From Felis catus (taxonomy: Eukaryota): a DNA stretch of 64,000 nucleotides. Location of the stretch: NCBI RefSeq assembly GCF_018350175.1, contig NC_058368.1, positions 14,138,001-14,202,000 on the forward strand, in the 5' to 3' direction. This document shows, in pieces, positions 13,146-26,533 of this stretch (positions are counted from its first letter, which is position 1; every line of letters starts with the position of its first letter). The notes beneath the pieces are model-generated. The model was not told the DNA's origin. It worked only from the letters and a program-made list of their open reading frames with translations, and did not search any database. Both the position numbers and the translations under genes were made by a program.

Positions 13146-15385
13146 GTATTGTCCTTATATATTTTTGTGATACCTCATCTTTTTCTTTCTGTTTTCTAGA
13201 TCTTCATTTTTCTGCTTATTTGATCTTAAAAAATTAAAATACCCTGATCATTTAAGATAATCATAGTCTTTAAGAAGGTTCTACTTTTTGTTACTATCTT
13301 TCAGAATTTGTACTTCTAAGACATATTTTTCAGTGGTCATTTTAGAGGGCACCGTTGGTTTTTGTTTTGAGTCTTCTCAAAACACAGTGCTATTTACTTT
13401 CAAAGTTAAATCAGATTGGTCAAAGGTATTTGGGGAGCAAAACCAAAAGATGATTTGAATACTGAAGTTTGATATGTAAAAATTAGTAAATGTATCAAGA
13501 AGATCACTAAATATGTTAGTAACAGAAAATAAATTTAGTGACGTTTACTGGTTGAATCCTAATGTATGTTTTTTGCTAAATTCTCTAAGGAAAGGCAGAG
13601 CTCCCCGAAGAACCTTGACGATATGCAAGAGCCTCAACTTGATGGGGAAAAAATGCATGTGAATAAGAAACATTATTTGACATTGAGTTAATTTATATTC
13701 TTAGAATACAGTTGTATCCAATTCATTGTCCAACATTTTCCTAATGATTCTAGGAACAGAAAATTCCAAATCACTACAAATTTTAAAAGCCTGCCTAAAA
13801 TAACCTTTTTTTTTTTGTAAATTTCCATAAATGTTCCTGTTGATTATTAGCTAAATAAATCCTTACCCAAATCTTTGTGATTCCATTTTAGGTATTTATA
13901 CAACGCAAGATGATCCCTGACTTTTCTTCCCTGACTATAGTAGCCTTCTCTTCTCCAAACTGTATAGCTTTGAACTTTTCCATCTATTATCATTATTTAG
14001 ATTCTTCCCATTTTTATTAATTTCATAGCTCTTCTATGTGCTTTCTGTATCTATCTTGTTTATCATACCACCTGAGTCTGACATATCATGAACAGCACAT
14101 TTATGGGGTTGTAGTAAGTAGAATGTACTCTATCAAGCATATTTATATTAGCAAATAAACATTATTAGTGGCATTGTATTAAAGAACTTAACATCTTTGA
14201 TTTATCTATATTATAAGTAAATATATATATAAAGTATAAAGTTTTTCTATACATTTTATAATCTTATTCTTTATACTCATTCTGCTTTCTAGAAATATGA
14301 AGAAACATATTTTTCTTTTACCAAAATATACATCAAAAAAAGGGTTGAAATTTTTTAAATATGCCAGTGTAGTAGAAAGAAGTCTACATTTGGTGTCTAT
14401 TGAATAGGTCCTTATTTTTAAGAGATAGGTTAAAGGAAAATTAAATTACTTATTTTTAATCTTTGTGTGAAACAAGTTATGGTATTTTATTATAATGTCT
14501 ATTTTGTGAATTAATAGATGTTGGAAATGATGGTAGAAAAAGTTTAGTGATAGCATAAAGTGTATAATATTACAATGGAAAATAAAATGTAAGTAAATTA
14601 AATATTCTCTTCAGAAATATATATAGACAGACAACGCACACACATCCACATTTTGTATGCCAGCACCTGAACTGGGCCCACTGTACAGTTTAGATTTTGG
14701 CAAATAGATGCTATACAAAGGTTGTAGCAGAAATCCCAGTAAGCAATTCAGCTTTACGGGATTAGTGTGAGATAAGATAATATTTAGGAACACTAGATGT
14801 CCCTCAACTCCACAGCTCTTTAATGTACTTACATGGTGTATTATAGAAAAGTCTGTTCCAAAGTGGCATCTTCATATCGTTGAGGAGAACTCATTATTTT
14901 AAAATCAGGTACAATTATGTTCATTATAGCCCTTCTGAAAGCAATCATTGTATCAAAGTAAGCATTTGATGCTGCAGTGCCACAAATTTATGCTCAATTT
15001 ATTGTAAACTGTATCTTAGTAAACACTAAAAATTTATAATATAGAAGTAAAAACAAATTTTTCGCATCTGAATTTGAATTGTTTTATCAGCCTCATTTTA
15101 TCTAAAATTATTTTCATTTGTTGGTGTCTTTTATTTATACCCCATTTGTAATATGTAGTTCTGTTAGATTAGTATACGTAAATAAACTGGATTTTAATGC
15201 AACAGCTATTGTTTATACTTATCAAAAGTTATTAGTGTACTAATGGCCAAATGATTTTTTATTTATTGAATTCTGTTTGACATTCAGATGAGTAACTCTT
15301 CAAAATCAGATAGTAATGATATAATGAAAATGGTTTTGTTAAATAAATTTATGTTTAAGGCTAAAAATTATTATTTTGGGAACAG

Positions 15386-15512
15386 GTGCCGTGGATTCAG
15401 GGTCCTCCTCCTCTTCCTCCTCTTCTAGTTTTGTAAATGGTGCTACCAGCAAAAACCTTCCAGCTGTACAAACTGTCGCTCCAATGCCAGAAGATTCGGC
15501 CGAAAACATGAG
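15386..15512 (+). CDS. NBEA: Neurobeachin internal coding exon C (127 bp, phase 1 to phase 2), contains a Ser9 tract
   Basis: Acceptor ttattttgggaacag| and donor AG|gtacac. Encodes (G)AVDSGSSSSSSSSSFVNGATSKNLPAVQTVAPMPEDSAENM(S), in frame with exons B and D. Not in the ORF track. Confidence 0.95.
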
Positions 15513-18500
15513 GTACACATAACGATTTGTTTATATTCATCTTACAACTCCACCCCTAAGCATAGTGAAACAATACACAGTAAATACAAGGGTAGAGTTA
15601 AGAATTCTTGAGAATGGTTAGTTATGAATGTTGTGACTACGTTTCATAATTGTATTGTTTTGTTATTTTTGGCTAGTTACACATTGTATCAAAACTACTT
15701 ACTACATTTCAGAGCCTAAATAGGGATCCTGAGTGACTTTCAGACATTGACTTTGCTGAATTTATAATCCATTGTCGTATAACATGCTACTATTTTCAGT
15801 AATGTAAAAACATGCACAAATGGTGACATGATAAAGTTGTGCATCTTTGCTGTGGCAATGAGTTTAAAATACAGACTTTCAAAATAACTCTGCAAAGTTA
15901 CATGTAATATAAAATATATGTAATTGGAACTTGAATAAACATTTTCCAATTACATGTACAGTATTATATATTACATAGATATTGTTCATTTCATAAACAA
16001 ATGAACAAACATTACCTTTTTTATCATGATTAATAGATAAAAATTATTTATAGTAGCATGTGACAAAAACTCCTACAAGAGACTAGTCTACACTCTTAGA
16101 GTTAAATTGCACACACACAGGTATGTGTGTGTATTGACATTTCAAATTCAAGTATGACACAAATACAGAGTGTACAAGCTCAGTGAAACAATGAAGACAC
16201 TCATGTTACCATCACCCAAGTGAAGAAGTGTAATGTTCCGGGTACCCCAGAAGCCCCACCTTGTGCTCATTCCCAGTCACGAATCTTGCTCCTCTTCAGA
16301 TTCATAACCCTGACTTTTAATACCAGGTTAGCTTTGTCTTTCATGAGTTTTATGAAAATGGAATTGTAACGCATATATTCTCTTGTCTGTAGAGTCTTTT
16401 GTTCTGCATCATATTTGTGAGATTCATCCATGTTGCATGTGGCAATAGTTTGTTTATTTTTATTCCATCTTTATTCCCTTGTGGGTGGATACTATAATTT
16501 ATTAATCAATTTTACTGATAATGGGCATTGGGATTTTCTAGGTTTAGGCTACGACAAATAATGCTGCTTTATGCACAATAATGCTGCTTGTACATTACTC
16601 TTCGGTGTACCACACGTTTGCATGCACATCTGCTGGGTAAATAATGTGGAGTAGAGTGGAGTAGTATCGGTTTTATCAGATAATGCCAGATGGTTTTCCA
16701 AAGTGGATATGAAAGTTGACTACTTCAGCAGTGTATCAGCGTTCCTGTTTCTTCCTATCTTTATTGATACTTAGTACTGTCACTCTTACATTTTAACCAT
16801 TTTGGTGGAAGTATCTCCCTGTATTTATAGTTTGCATTTTCCTGTGATTGATGGGGTTAAGCAACTTCTTACGTATTTATTGGTCTTTTGGTTTTACTGG
16901 TTTGTGGGGTTTTTTTGGTTTACTGGTTTGTGGCTATTGAAATCTCTTACCCATTTTTAAAAATTGAGTTGTTTTTCTTCTTGTTATTAATTTGTAAGGC
17001 CCTGTCCCTTTGAAGATTATATGTCATTTGTATATATATCTTCTTTCTGTGACTTTTCTATTCATTTATACGAGCTGTTTTGCTCCACAGAAGCTGTAAT
17101 TTTACTAAAAATCTGTCAACAAGTGCTTTTTCTGTTGTAGATGAAATCTTTGCCTACATTTCCCCACCTTATCTTTTGGCTGCTTTATTATTTTTCATAT
17201 TTACATGTATAGTCCATCCAGAATTGAGTTCTGTGTATTTAATAAGGTGGGAGTGATATGGGTGTCAGGATGACCCAGCATCATTTATTGGAAAACCTCC
17301 TCTTTCTTCCCATGCTCTTCTGTTTCATCAAAAAACAAGTGTCCTTTAGGCTGGGTTCCAGTTTGCCACTCAGTTCTTTGTCTGTGTATTCTTGTGCCAT
17401 TCTGTCATAGTTAGCTTTAGGTTTAATAAAGATCTTTATCTGGTTGAGTAAGATCTTCCCATCTTGTCCTTTTCTTTTTCAAGGAAGTCTGAGGTATTCT
17501 TGATACTTAGAGTTTCTATTTAAATTTTAGAATCGGTTTGTCAGTATCCGTATTTTAAAAAACTTGCTGGAGTTTTGGCTAGGAATAGAATTCATGGATC
17601 TATTGCAACTATATCGATCTCTATTGCATCTACAGGTCTCCTTCAATAATGAAATTTTCAGACCATGAGCATCATATATTCCATTTCTTTTTAATTTTTC
17701 TAGTAACAGTATTTACTTTTCTATGTAGAAGGCTTACATATTTCCTATTTGATTTATTCTTAGCATTTTAATATTTTGTATTTGTATTTTTTTCTCTCAT
17801 TTCCAAATCAGTGTTATTGAGGCCATTTGTGTATAGTTGTTTCAATTTTAAAAAACCTCATTCAAGTGTACCTTTTACTGAGTTTTGATTGGTTTAGGTA
17901 CCCATATAACCATTGCAATCAAGAGATAAAATATATCCATCACCCCAGAAAGTTCCCTTGTGTTCCATATGTAATTCCCTCCATCTTTGCCTCAGGCAAC
18001 TGTTTATGTGCTTTTTAATATTGTAACTTAAATTTGTCTTTTCTAGGGCTTCACATAGATGGAATCATGCAGAATATGCCTTTTTGTGCCTGTCTTCCTT
18101 CACTCAACTTTTGAGATTCTGAGACTCATCCATGTCTTTTTGTTTATTTCTGTGGGCATTTAATAGTCAGTGGACCTTTGAGTACAAGTCTTGTATTAGA
18201 CATAACATTCTCAGGTAGACAACTAAAATTGCTGGTTGTGTAGTAAGTATATGCTTACCCTTCTAAGAAACTGCTATTAACAAAGTGGTTGTATCATGTT
18301 ATATTCCTGTCAACAATGTATAAAAGTACCCTTTGTTCTATATTGTTGTTGACACTGGTATGGTTAATCTTTTAAATTTTATACTTTATAATGACTGGGT
18401 AAGCATATCTCATTAGGTTTTATTTTCGATTTTCTTAATGATTAATGATAGGAAGGTGTTTTGTTTGTTTTTGTTTTCTCCTGTGCTTATGGGCCATTGA

Positions 18501-20152
18501 AGTCTTTTGCTTATATCCTTTTTGGGATATAAGAGTTCTTTATATATTCTGAATATATGTCCTCTGTCAGATATATGCATTGCAAAATTTTTATGTTCCA
18601 TTTTATATTTTTATTTTGTTAAAACTAGTAAGAACAGGAACTTTCTAATTTTAATAAAGTCCATTGTTTCAAAAAGTCTTTTCTATTATGGTTTGTACTT
18701 TTGTGTCCTAAGAAATCTTTACCTTCCTGAAAGTCATGAAGCGTTCTTACAATTTCTTCTAAAAGTTTTGTAGTTTTTAGCTTTTGTGATTAGGTCTGTG
18801 ATGATCCATTTTCACTTAATTTTTGTGTGTATGTCGAAATAAAAATTGAGGTTTGTTTTTATCTATTTTTATAAATCACTGTTTCAGCACCATTGAATTA
18901 CTTTGGTACACTGGTTTAAAATCATTTGCCCACCTATGCCTGAATCTATTTCTGGCCTCTGTACTGTTCCATTATCTGTATGGCTGTTCTTCTGCCAATA
19001 CCCTCCTGTCTTCATTTACTGGAGCTTTATAGTAAATCTTGAAAGCAGGTGGTACAAGTTTTCTAGCTCTGTTCCTCTCTACATTTGCTTTCACTGTTCT
19101 AGGTTATTTGCATTTTCACATAAATGTTAGAATTTGTTTGCCAGTTTCTACCAAAACAAAACAAAACAAAACCTGCTGTAGTGTTAAGTAGGATTGTGTT
19201 GAATCTTTAATTAAGTTTAAGGAGAAATGATGACTTAATATTATTGAGTCTTCCAGTCTGTGAACATTGTCTGTATCCATTCATTGAGATCTTTAATTTC
19301 TCTCAGCACCTAACTGTAGTTTTCAATCTAAAGATCTTATGTTTACTTTTTTACTTTAGATTTCCAATTTTGAGTTAGAAGCCAAGTAAAAAAGTAAATA
19401 CTGTACGTTTTCATTTATACCATATGCAAATAAATTTATCTTAACACAGTCAATTGATGATTGCCTGTGTCAGTTATACCTTAGTAGAGCTGAAAAAAGA
19501 GAAATATTTTAATAGTGTGTTGATAGTGTATAAAAAGACAATTTATTTTTGCATATTTGACCTTGTATCCTGCAGCTCTGCTTAGTTCACTTAATTTTAA
19601 TAGACTTTGGTAGATGGTTTAGAACTTTTGTCAGCTCAATAATTCTAACTGTAGTTTCCTTATTATTTTCTGTGTGTAAGATAGTGTTATTTGTAGCTTT
19701 AGTGATATTTATCCTTAAATGTGTAAGAATTCACCTGTGGAGCCATCTCTAAATGGAATTTTCTTTATGGAAAAGTTTTAAATTACAAATTAAGTTTCTC
19801 TAATGGGCAAGTGATTATTTAGATTTTTTGGTTTTGGGGGGGGGGGATTTTGTGGCATCTGTTTTGGTCATTTGTGACTTCTAGGAATTTAGCCATTTTA
19901 TCTAAGTTGTTTGATTTAGTGCCATAAAGTTTTATTTTTTTGTTATTTAAAAATATTTATAGGATCTCTAATGGTGCTCTTTCATTCCAGATTTTGTTAA
20001 TTTATGGCTTTTCTCACTGTATCATTACTAGAATAGCTATTGATTGTTCAGTGTTACGATTTTTCTCAGAGATTAGCTATTAGCTTCATTAGTTTTTTTT
20101 CTGTTTTCCATTACACTGAATTCTGGTCTTATTAATTCCTTTTCATATATTA

Positions 20153-20373
20153 GTAGTTTACAAGCTATGACCCATGAACTAAATTTGCCTGCCACCAGTT
20201 CCTATTAAAAATAAACTTTTATTGGTATATAGTCCTATCATTTGTCTGTATATTGCCGTGATTGCTTTCACATTATAGTGGCAGTGTTAAGTTGCTGTAA
20301 TAGAGAAAGTATTGCCTAAATGCCAAAAATATTTACTCTCTCACCTTTTAGAGAAAACATTTGCTGACCCTTG
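20153..20373. mobile_element. MER58A-like hAT-Charlie MITE
   Basis: aaataaacttttattgg...atttactctc...ttgctgacccttg pattern. Confidence 0.7.
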
Positions 20374-20622
20374 CTTAGATCATTGATTTTAGATATCTCT
20401 TCTTTTCTAATATGAGCTTTTAAAGTCACAACTTTTCCTCTAAGGACTGTTTTAGCTTTATTATATAAATTTTCATTATAATGTTTTAATTTTCATTCAA
20501 TATTTTTTCTGTGTTTACCTACAATTTAGTCTTTGACTCATAGGTGTCCAGAGGTGCATTTTGACATTGACCTTTTCTTGCTTAAACAGAACACTCTGAG
20601 ATCCATCCAAGTTGTTGCATGC

Positions 20623-21293
20623 TTTTTGTTTGTTTGTTTCAAATTTTTATTTAAGTTCTAGTTAGCTAACATATAGTGTAATATTTGTTTCAGGAGTAGA
20701 ATTTAGTGATTCATCACTTACATATAATACCCTGTGCTCAAAACAAGTGCTCTCCTTAATATCCTTCACCAATTTAGCCCATTCGCCATCCACATCCCCT
20801 CCAGCAACCCTCAGTTTGTTCTCTGTATTTAAGAGTCTTACTGTTTACCTCCTTCTCTTTTTTCCCTTCCCCTGTGTTCATTTGTTTTGTTTCTTAAATT
20901 TCACATATAAGTGAGCATGCATGGTATTTGTCTTTTTCTGACTGACTTATTTCACTTAGCATAATATAGTCTAGCTCCATCCATGTTATTGTTAATGGCA
21001 AAATTGCATTCTTTTTGATAGCAGTAATATTCCATTGTATCTGTATACCACCTCATCTTTATCCATTCATCACTCAATGGACATTTGGGCTCTTTCCATA
21101 ATTTGGCTATTGTTGATAATGCTGCTGTGAACATCAGGGTGCATGTGTCCTTTGAATCAGTATTTTTGTATTCTTTGGGTAGGTATCTACTAGTGCAATT
21201 GCCAGGTCATAGTGTAGTTCTATTTTTAACTTTTTGGGGAGTCCCCATAGTGTTTTCCACAGTGGATGCACCAATTTGCATTCCTACCAGCAC
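20623..21293 (-). mobile_element. Carnivore L1 3' end (5'-truncated, ~670 bp)
   Basis: ORF 20952-21134 (MFTAALSTIAKLWKEPKCP...) is the L1 ORF2 C-terminus. T-rich tail at left. Confidence 0.92.
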
Positions 21294-21481
21294 TGTTGCA
21301 CATTTTAATAGTTTTCTTCCATTTGTATTTCTGTTTTTTTCTTTTTTTTATTTGTATTTCTTAGTAGTATTCCATGGTATGCATATAGGACAGTTCATTC
21401 AACTATTCACCCACTAAAGGGCATTTAGTTTTTTTCTAGTTTTTGCTTTTATGAAAAAAGATGTAGTGAACATTTGTTTTT

Positions 21482-21702
21482 TTTTTTTAATTTTTTTTTC
21501 AACGTTTATTTATTTTGGGGGCAGAGAGAGACAGAGCATGAACGGGGGAGGGGCAGAGAGAGAGGGAGACACAGAATCGGAAACAGGCTCCAGGCTCTGA
21601 GCCATCAGCCCAGAGCCCGACGCGGGGCTCGAACTCACAGACCGCGAGATCGTGACCTGGCTGAAGTCGGACGCTTAACCGACTGCGCCACCCAGGCGCC
21701 CC
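21482..21702 (-). mobile_element. Young felid CanSINE
   Basis: CpG-rich. TSD aacatttgttttt at 21469-21481 and 21703-21715. Confidence 0.97.
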
Positions 21703-22164
21703 AACATTTGTTTTTACGTAAGCATATGTTTTCATTTCTCTGGGATAAGTGACCAAGAGTGAAGTTACTGAGCTTTATGGTAAATACCTGATTAGTTTTG
21801 TTAAAAGAAACTTCTACCAGCAATGTACACATAGTCCAGTTTCTCTTCATTTTTACCAGGGTTTGGTATTGTCTTTTTTTTTTTTTAAGTCATTCTGCCT
21901 GGTAGGTATGTAGTGATATCTCATTGTGGTCTCAATTTGTCACTTTCCTAATGGATGATTCTGAACATCTTTTTGTGTGCTTATTTGCCATCAGTGTTAA
22001 AATGTCAGTTCATATTTTTTGCCCATTTCATAATTGGATTGCTTTCTTGATTTTAAGCCTTGAGAGTTCATTATATTTTCTAAGTACCAGTCCTTTTTCA
22101 GAAATGTAGTTGGCAGTTATTTTCTTCCACAGAGTGGCTTCTTTTAAAACACTTAAAAACATTG

Positions 22165-22348
22165 TTTTTTTTTTTTTATTTTTTATTTCAGACAGAGAGC
22201 ACAAGTGGGAGAAAGGGGCAGAGGGAGAGAAACTTGAGTAGGCTCCACACTCCACATAGAGCCCAATGCAGGGCTCGATCCCACAACCCTGGGACCTCAG
22301 CCAAAATCAAGAGTCAGATGCTCCAGCAGCTGAGCCACCAGACACTCC
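22165..22348 (-). mobile_element. Older CanSINE
   Basis: Diverged SINE body (gggctcgatcccacaacc...tgagccacc) with T tail. Confidence 0.85.
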
Positions 22349-23443
22349 TGGACTGTGGCTTCTTATTTTATCCTTTTAATAGCATCTTTGGCAGAGGAAA
22401 ACTGCATTTTTATTGTAGTCTAATTTACCATGTTGTCATGTCTAAGAACTCTTCACCCCTCTGAGTCCTAAAAATTTTTTTCTTACATGTTTTCCATTAA
22501 ATTCTATGACTTCATAAACAGTTTTACTTTTAAGTCTGTGACTCATCTTCAGCTAATTTTTGTATAAGGTATGAGGTTTATATTGAGGTTTGTATTTTTG
22601 TCCATGATTGTTCAGCACGATTTATTCAAAATCTTTCTTTATTCCAAATCTTTATTCTTTCTCATGAGGTATGCTTTTAGGGTATTTTAAAGAGAGTCTA
22701 GAGGGGCCTTTATTCTTGGGCTAATTTTGTCACACTTAGAAAGTGTGCTGGGATTTCTCCTGAGTGCTCAGTGTATTTAATGAGGACTCTCCATTCTGGC
22801 CGGAAGGAACACAGACACTTCTCAGCCCTGTATGAGCTGTTAGGAAATGTTTGTGTTATAGCTCCTTCATAATTGTTCTTTCCTCTGGATTTGATCTATT
22901 CTAACCATCGGAGCTTTCAAGTGTCACACATATAGATTGTTATTCAGCCGAAGACTCAGATTATTGAAACTGTTTCTCTTTATAATTCTTTCCTCTTGGA
23001 TGGAAGTCCTCCAAATTCTATCCACCTTGGCCTTCCTGAACTACAGTTTTAGTCTTGTCAACCCAGAATGCTTGCTGGATATTATAATTGCCCTAATAGG
23101 GGAAATACCTCCCTGCAGGAAACCTGAATGATGGTAGGAATCATTTCATTTTTTTTTTCTTTCCTCAAGGTTTATGGTCTTGTGCTACCTGTGTTCTCTG
23201 AAAATATTGTTCTCTGTATTTTGTACAATTTTCTAGTTAATAGTGTGGGAGGTAACTCTATACCATCTTATTGCTCCGAGGTGAAAAATGGAATTTGATA
23301 TTTTTACACTGTAAATTATATCTTTTATAAAGTGCATTTTTAAATTGTTTGCTGGCATATATAACCCATTGTGGTATATTGAACTAATATCCTGAAACAT
23401 TTAGCTACTTATTATTCCTAATTTTTTATCTCTACTTCTTTCG

Positions 23444-23666
23444 TTTAATAAAATCTTTTTAATGTTTATTTATATTTGAGAGAGGTAGATAGAGACAGAG
23501 CATGAGCTGGAGAGGGACAGAGAGAGAGGGAGACACAGAATCTGAAGCAGGCTCAGGCTCTGAGCTGTCAGCACAGAGCCTGATGCCGGGTTCAAACTCA
23601 CAAGCTATGAGATCATGACCTGAGCTGAAGTCGGACGCTCACCCGACTGAGCCATGCAGGTGCCCC
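23444..23666 (-). mobile_element. CanSINE
   Basis: Full SINE body ending caggtgcccc, degenerate TSD. Confidence 0.92.
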
Positions 23667-24215
23667 TATCTATAGTTCTTTCTAAATGAATATATATGTA
23701 CGTAGTCTTTTCATCTTAGAATACTGGCAATTGTATCCCCTGTTACAATCCTTAAATCTTTTTGTTTCTTTTCCTTGTCTTCTAGTACCACCTACTACCT
23801 CTGTTGCAATTTTCTATAAAAGTAGTTAGAAAAGCATTGTTTTCTTCATCTCAGATGGAAAGCTTTGAACATCATTAATTATGATGCTCCTGTCTACTTA
23901 CTATAGATACTTTTGTCACATGTAAGACATCTCTTATGTTTATAATTAGCCAAGAATTGCTGTGACTTACCTGTATTGAATTTTATTGTAATTAAAAAAA
24001 TTTTTGCATACTCCTTTTTCTGCTAATGTGGTCTTTTAGATTAATTTATTTTTTAAATGTTAAACAAACCTTGAATTCCTAGAAAAAAATCAACTTTTTC
24101 TTTGATATGTAAAACCAATTTTCTCTTTTGAAGAGTTTGTGTAAGATTATTATTTTTTTCTAAAATATTTGGCATACTTCACAAGCAAAGACATCTGATT
24201 CTGGTCTATCTCCTT

Positions 24216-24430
24216 CTTTAAAATTTTTTTTAATGTTTATTTATTTTTGAGACAGAGACAGAATGCAAGTGGGTTGGGGCAGAGAGAGAGGGAAACACAG
24301 AATCCGAAGCAGGCTCGAGGCTCCGAGCCGTCAACGCAGAGCCTGATGCGGGGCTCGAACCCACAGAGTTGTGAGATCATGACCCGAGTGGAAGTCAGAC
24401 GCTCAACCGACTGAGCCACCCAGGTGCCCC
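24216..24430 (-). mobile_element. CanSINE
   Basis: TSD tggtctatctcctt on both sides. Confidence 0.93.
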
Positions 24431-24879
24431 TGGTCTATCTCCTTTTTAGGGAATGTTTTTAAATTAAAATTTCAATTCAATAGCTACAGCTCTTCCCAGA
24501 TTTTCTATTTTGTCTTGTGTCAGTTTTGGAAGGTTCTGTTGGCATAAAGTAGTTCATACTATTCTATAGTTTTTTTTAACATTCCTGTCATCTGTAAGAA
24601 AGTCCTTCTAACAATTCCTGATATTCATTATTTGAGTCTGCTTTCTTTTTGGCTGCTTTCCTTCCTTCCTTTTTAGTCTTGGTAGCGATTAATCAACTTT
24701 ATTCATATTGTTGAAGAAACATTCACTAGAGAGAAGTAACAAGAAACTATGAGGTTGAGGGTTATACGTTATTATTACTAGTTTTCCTTAGTGCAGAGGT
24801 TCATAGACACCAACTTGCAACAGGGTTACGTGGAAGGCTTGTTAAAACATGGACTGCTGAGTCCCACCCCAGAGTTCTT

Positions 24880-25325
24880 ATTCAATGGATTTCTGGAGTG
24901 TGAGAAGTCCCCTGGCAAGCTGGAGATTCAGAAAAGCCAATCTATATATTTCCAGTCCAAGTCTAAAGGCTTGAGAGCCAGAAAAACTGATGTTATAAGT
25001 TCCAGTCTGAAAGCTGGCAGGCTCAAAACCCAAGAGGAGCCAATGTTTTCGTCTGAGTCCAAAGGCTGGAAAAGACCAGCGTTCCTGCTCCAACTGTCAG
25101 GCAGGAGGAGCTCTCTCTTACTCAGCTTTTTGTTCTATTCATGCCTTCAGCTGAATGGATGAGGCCTATCCACATTAGGAAGGTCTATCTGCTTTAGTCA
25201 GTCTTCCCATTCAAAATATTAATCTCATCCAGAAACAACCTTACAGACACACCAGAAAAATATTTGACCAAATATCTGCATACCCTATGATCCAGTTAAA
25301 TTGATACATGAAATTAACCATAACA
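24880..25325 (-). mobile_element. MLT2-type (ERVL) LTR inserted in a MER5A-like element (halves at ~24790-24878 and ~25326-25378)
   Basis: gagtccaaaggc...ggatgaggcc...aatctcatccagaaaca...aaattaaccataaca terminus. Flanks read cttgttaaaaca...cccaccccagagtt and gatcctgctggtcc...acactctgagaaac. Confidence 0.75.
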
Positions 25326-25772
25326 CTAGATGATCTTGATCCTGCTGGTCCTGAGAACACACTCTGAGAAACAGTGTTTTAAGTAGTCATCCTCCAGATT
25401 GCAACATTAATTCTTAGTTTATCTAAGTCGTCTTCCAGGACAATGCATAGATCTTAGTATAGTTTAACTTCATTTACCCCCAATTGTGCAAATACACTTG
25501 TACACCTGTACACGTGTTTGTGTGGATGTAAAATTTTAAACCCCATAACAGAGCATAATTACTATTTTGTTAGTCAACCTCTATTTAGATTTACCCACAT
25601 GGTTATCATTTTTTGTTGCGCATCATTACTTTCTGAAAGTCTGATTTCCATCTGGTATCATTTTCCTTCATCTTGAAGAACACCTTTTAGTATTTCATTT
25701 CATGTAGGCCTGCCACTTATGAATTCTCTCAGTTCTTATTTGACTAAAATCCTTTCAAATTTACCTAAATTT

Positions 25773-25969
25773 GGGGCGCCTGGGTGGCTCAGTCGGTTAA
25801 GCGTCCGACCTCAGCTCAGGTTACGATCTCGCGGTCTGTGAGTTTGAGCCCCGCGTCAGGCTCTGGGCTGATGGCTCGGAGCCTGGAGCCTGTTTCCGAT
25901 TCTGTGTCTCCCTCTCTCTGCCCCTCCCCCATTCATGCTCAAAAATAAAGGTTAAAAAAATTTAAAAAA
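25773..25969 (+). mobile_element. Young CanSINE with shortened CT region
   Basis: TSD aaatttacctaaattt at 25757-25772 and 25970-25985. Confidence 0.95.
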
Positions 25970-26477
25970 AAATTTACCTAAATTTTTTTAATGACAAATT
26001 TGAGCCAGTATAAATTTTAGGTTGGAGTTGTTTTCTTTTACTGCGTTGAAAATATTCTTCAACTGTTTTTGGGTTTTGTTCTTTCTATGCTTTCTTTACT
26101 TTTTTGCCTTAAAAAAAAACCCAGAAAACTTTTAGTCTTGCTGCTATTTCTATGCTCTTATCGTGTCTTCCCCACCATTGCTACCTGCTTTTAAGATTGT
26201 CTCTATCTTTGGTGTTCACCATTTGAACTGTGATATACTCAGGCTCTGTGGTTTTTCTTGGTATTTATCTAGTTTGGGCTTGCAAGAGCTTCTCAAGTCT
26301 CAAATTTGTTGACTTTCATCAGCAGCTGGAAAATTCTTAGCCATTACCACCTCAAATTTTGCTTCTTACTCATTCTTTTCTTATGACTTGAATTATACAT
26401 ATATTAGATATTTTCTTTATTTGTTATCTATTTATGTATATTCTTTCTCATTCTCTAATTCTGAGTATATTTTTTAA

Positions 26478-26533
26478 CCTTAGTCCACTTTACTAATTCT
26501 CTCTGCCTTAGTCCACTTTACTAATTCTCTCTG
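26478..26533. repeat. Perfect 28-bp tandem duplication
   Basis: ccttagtccactttactaattctctctg x2. Confidence 0.95.

Noticed and set aside
21474..21850. Recurrent ORFs such as GAPGWRSRLSVRLQPGHDL... and MAQSV...
   Set aside because: Translations of CanSINE copies; they recur wherever a SINE occurs.
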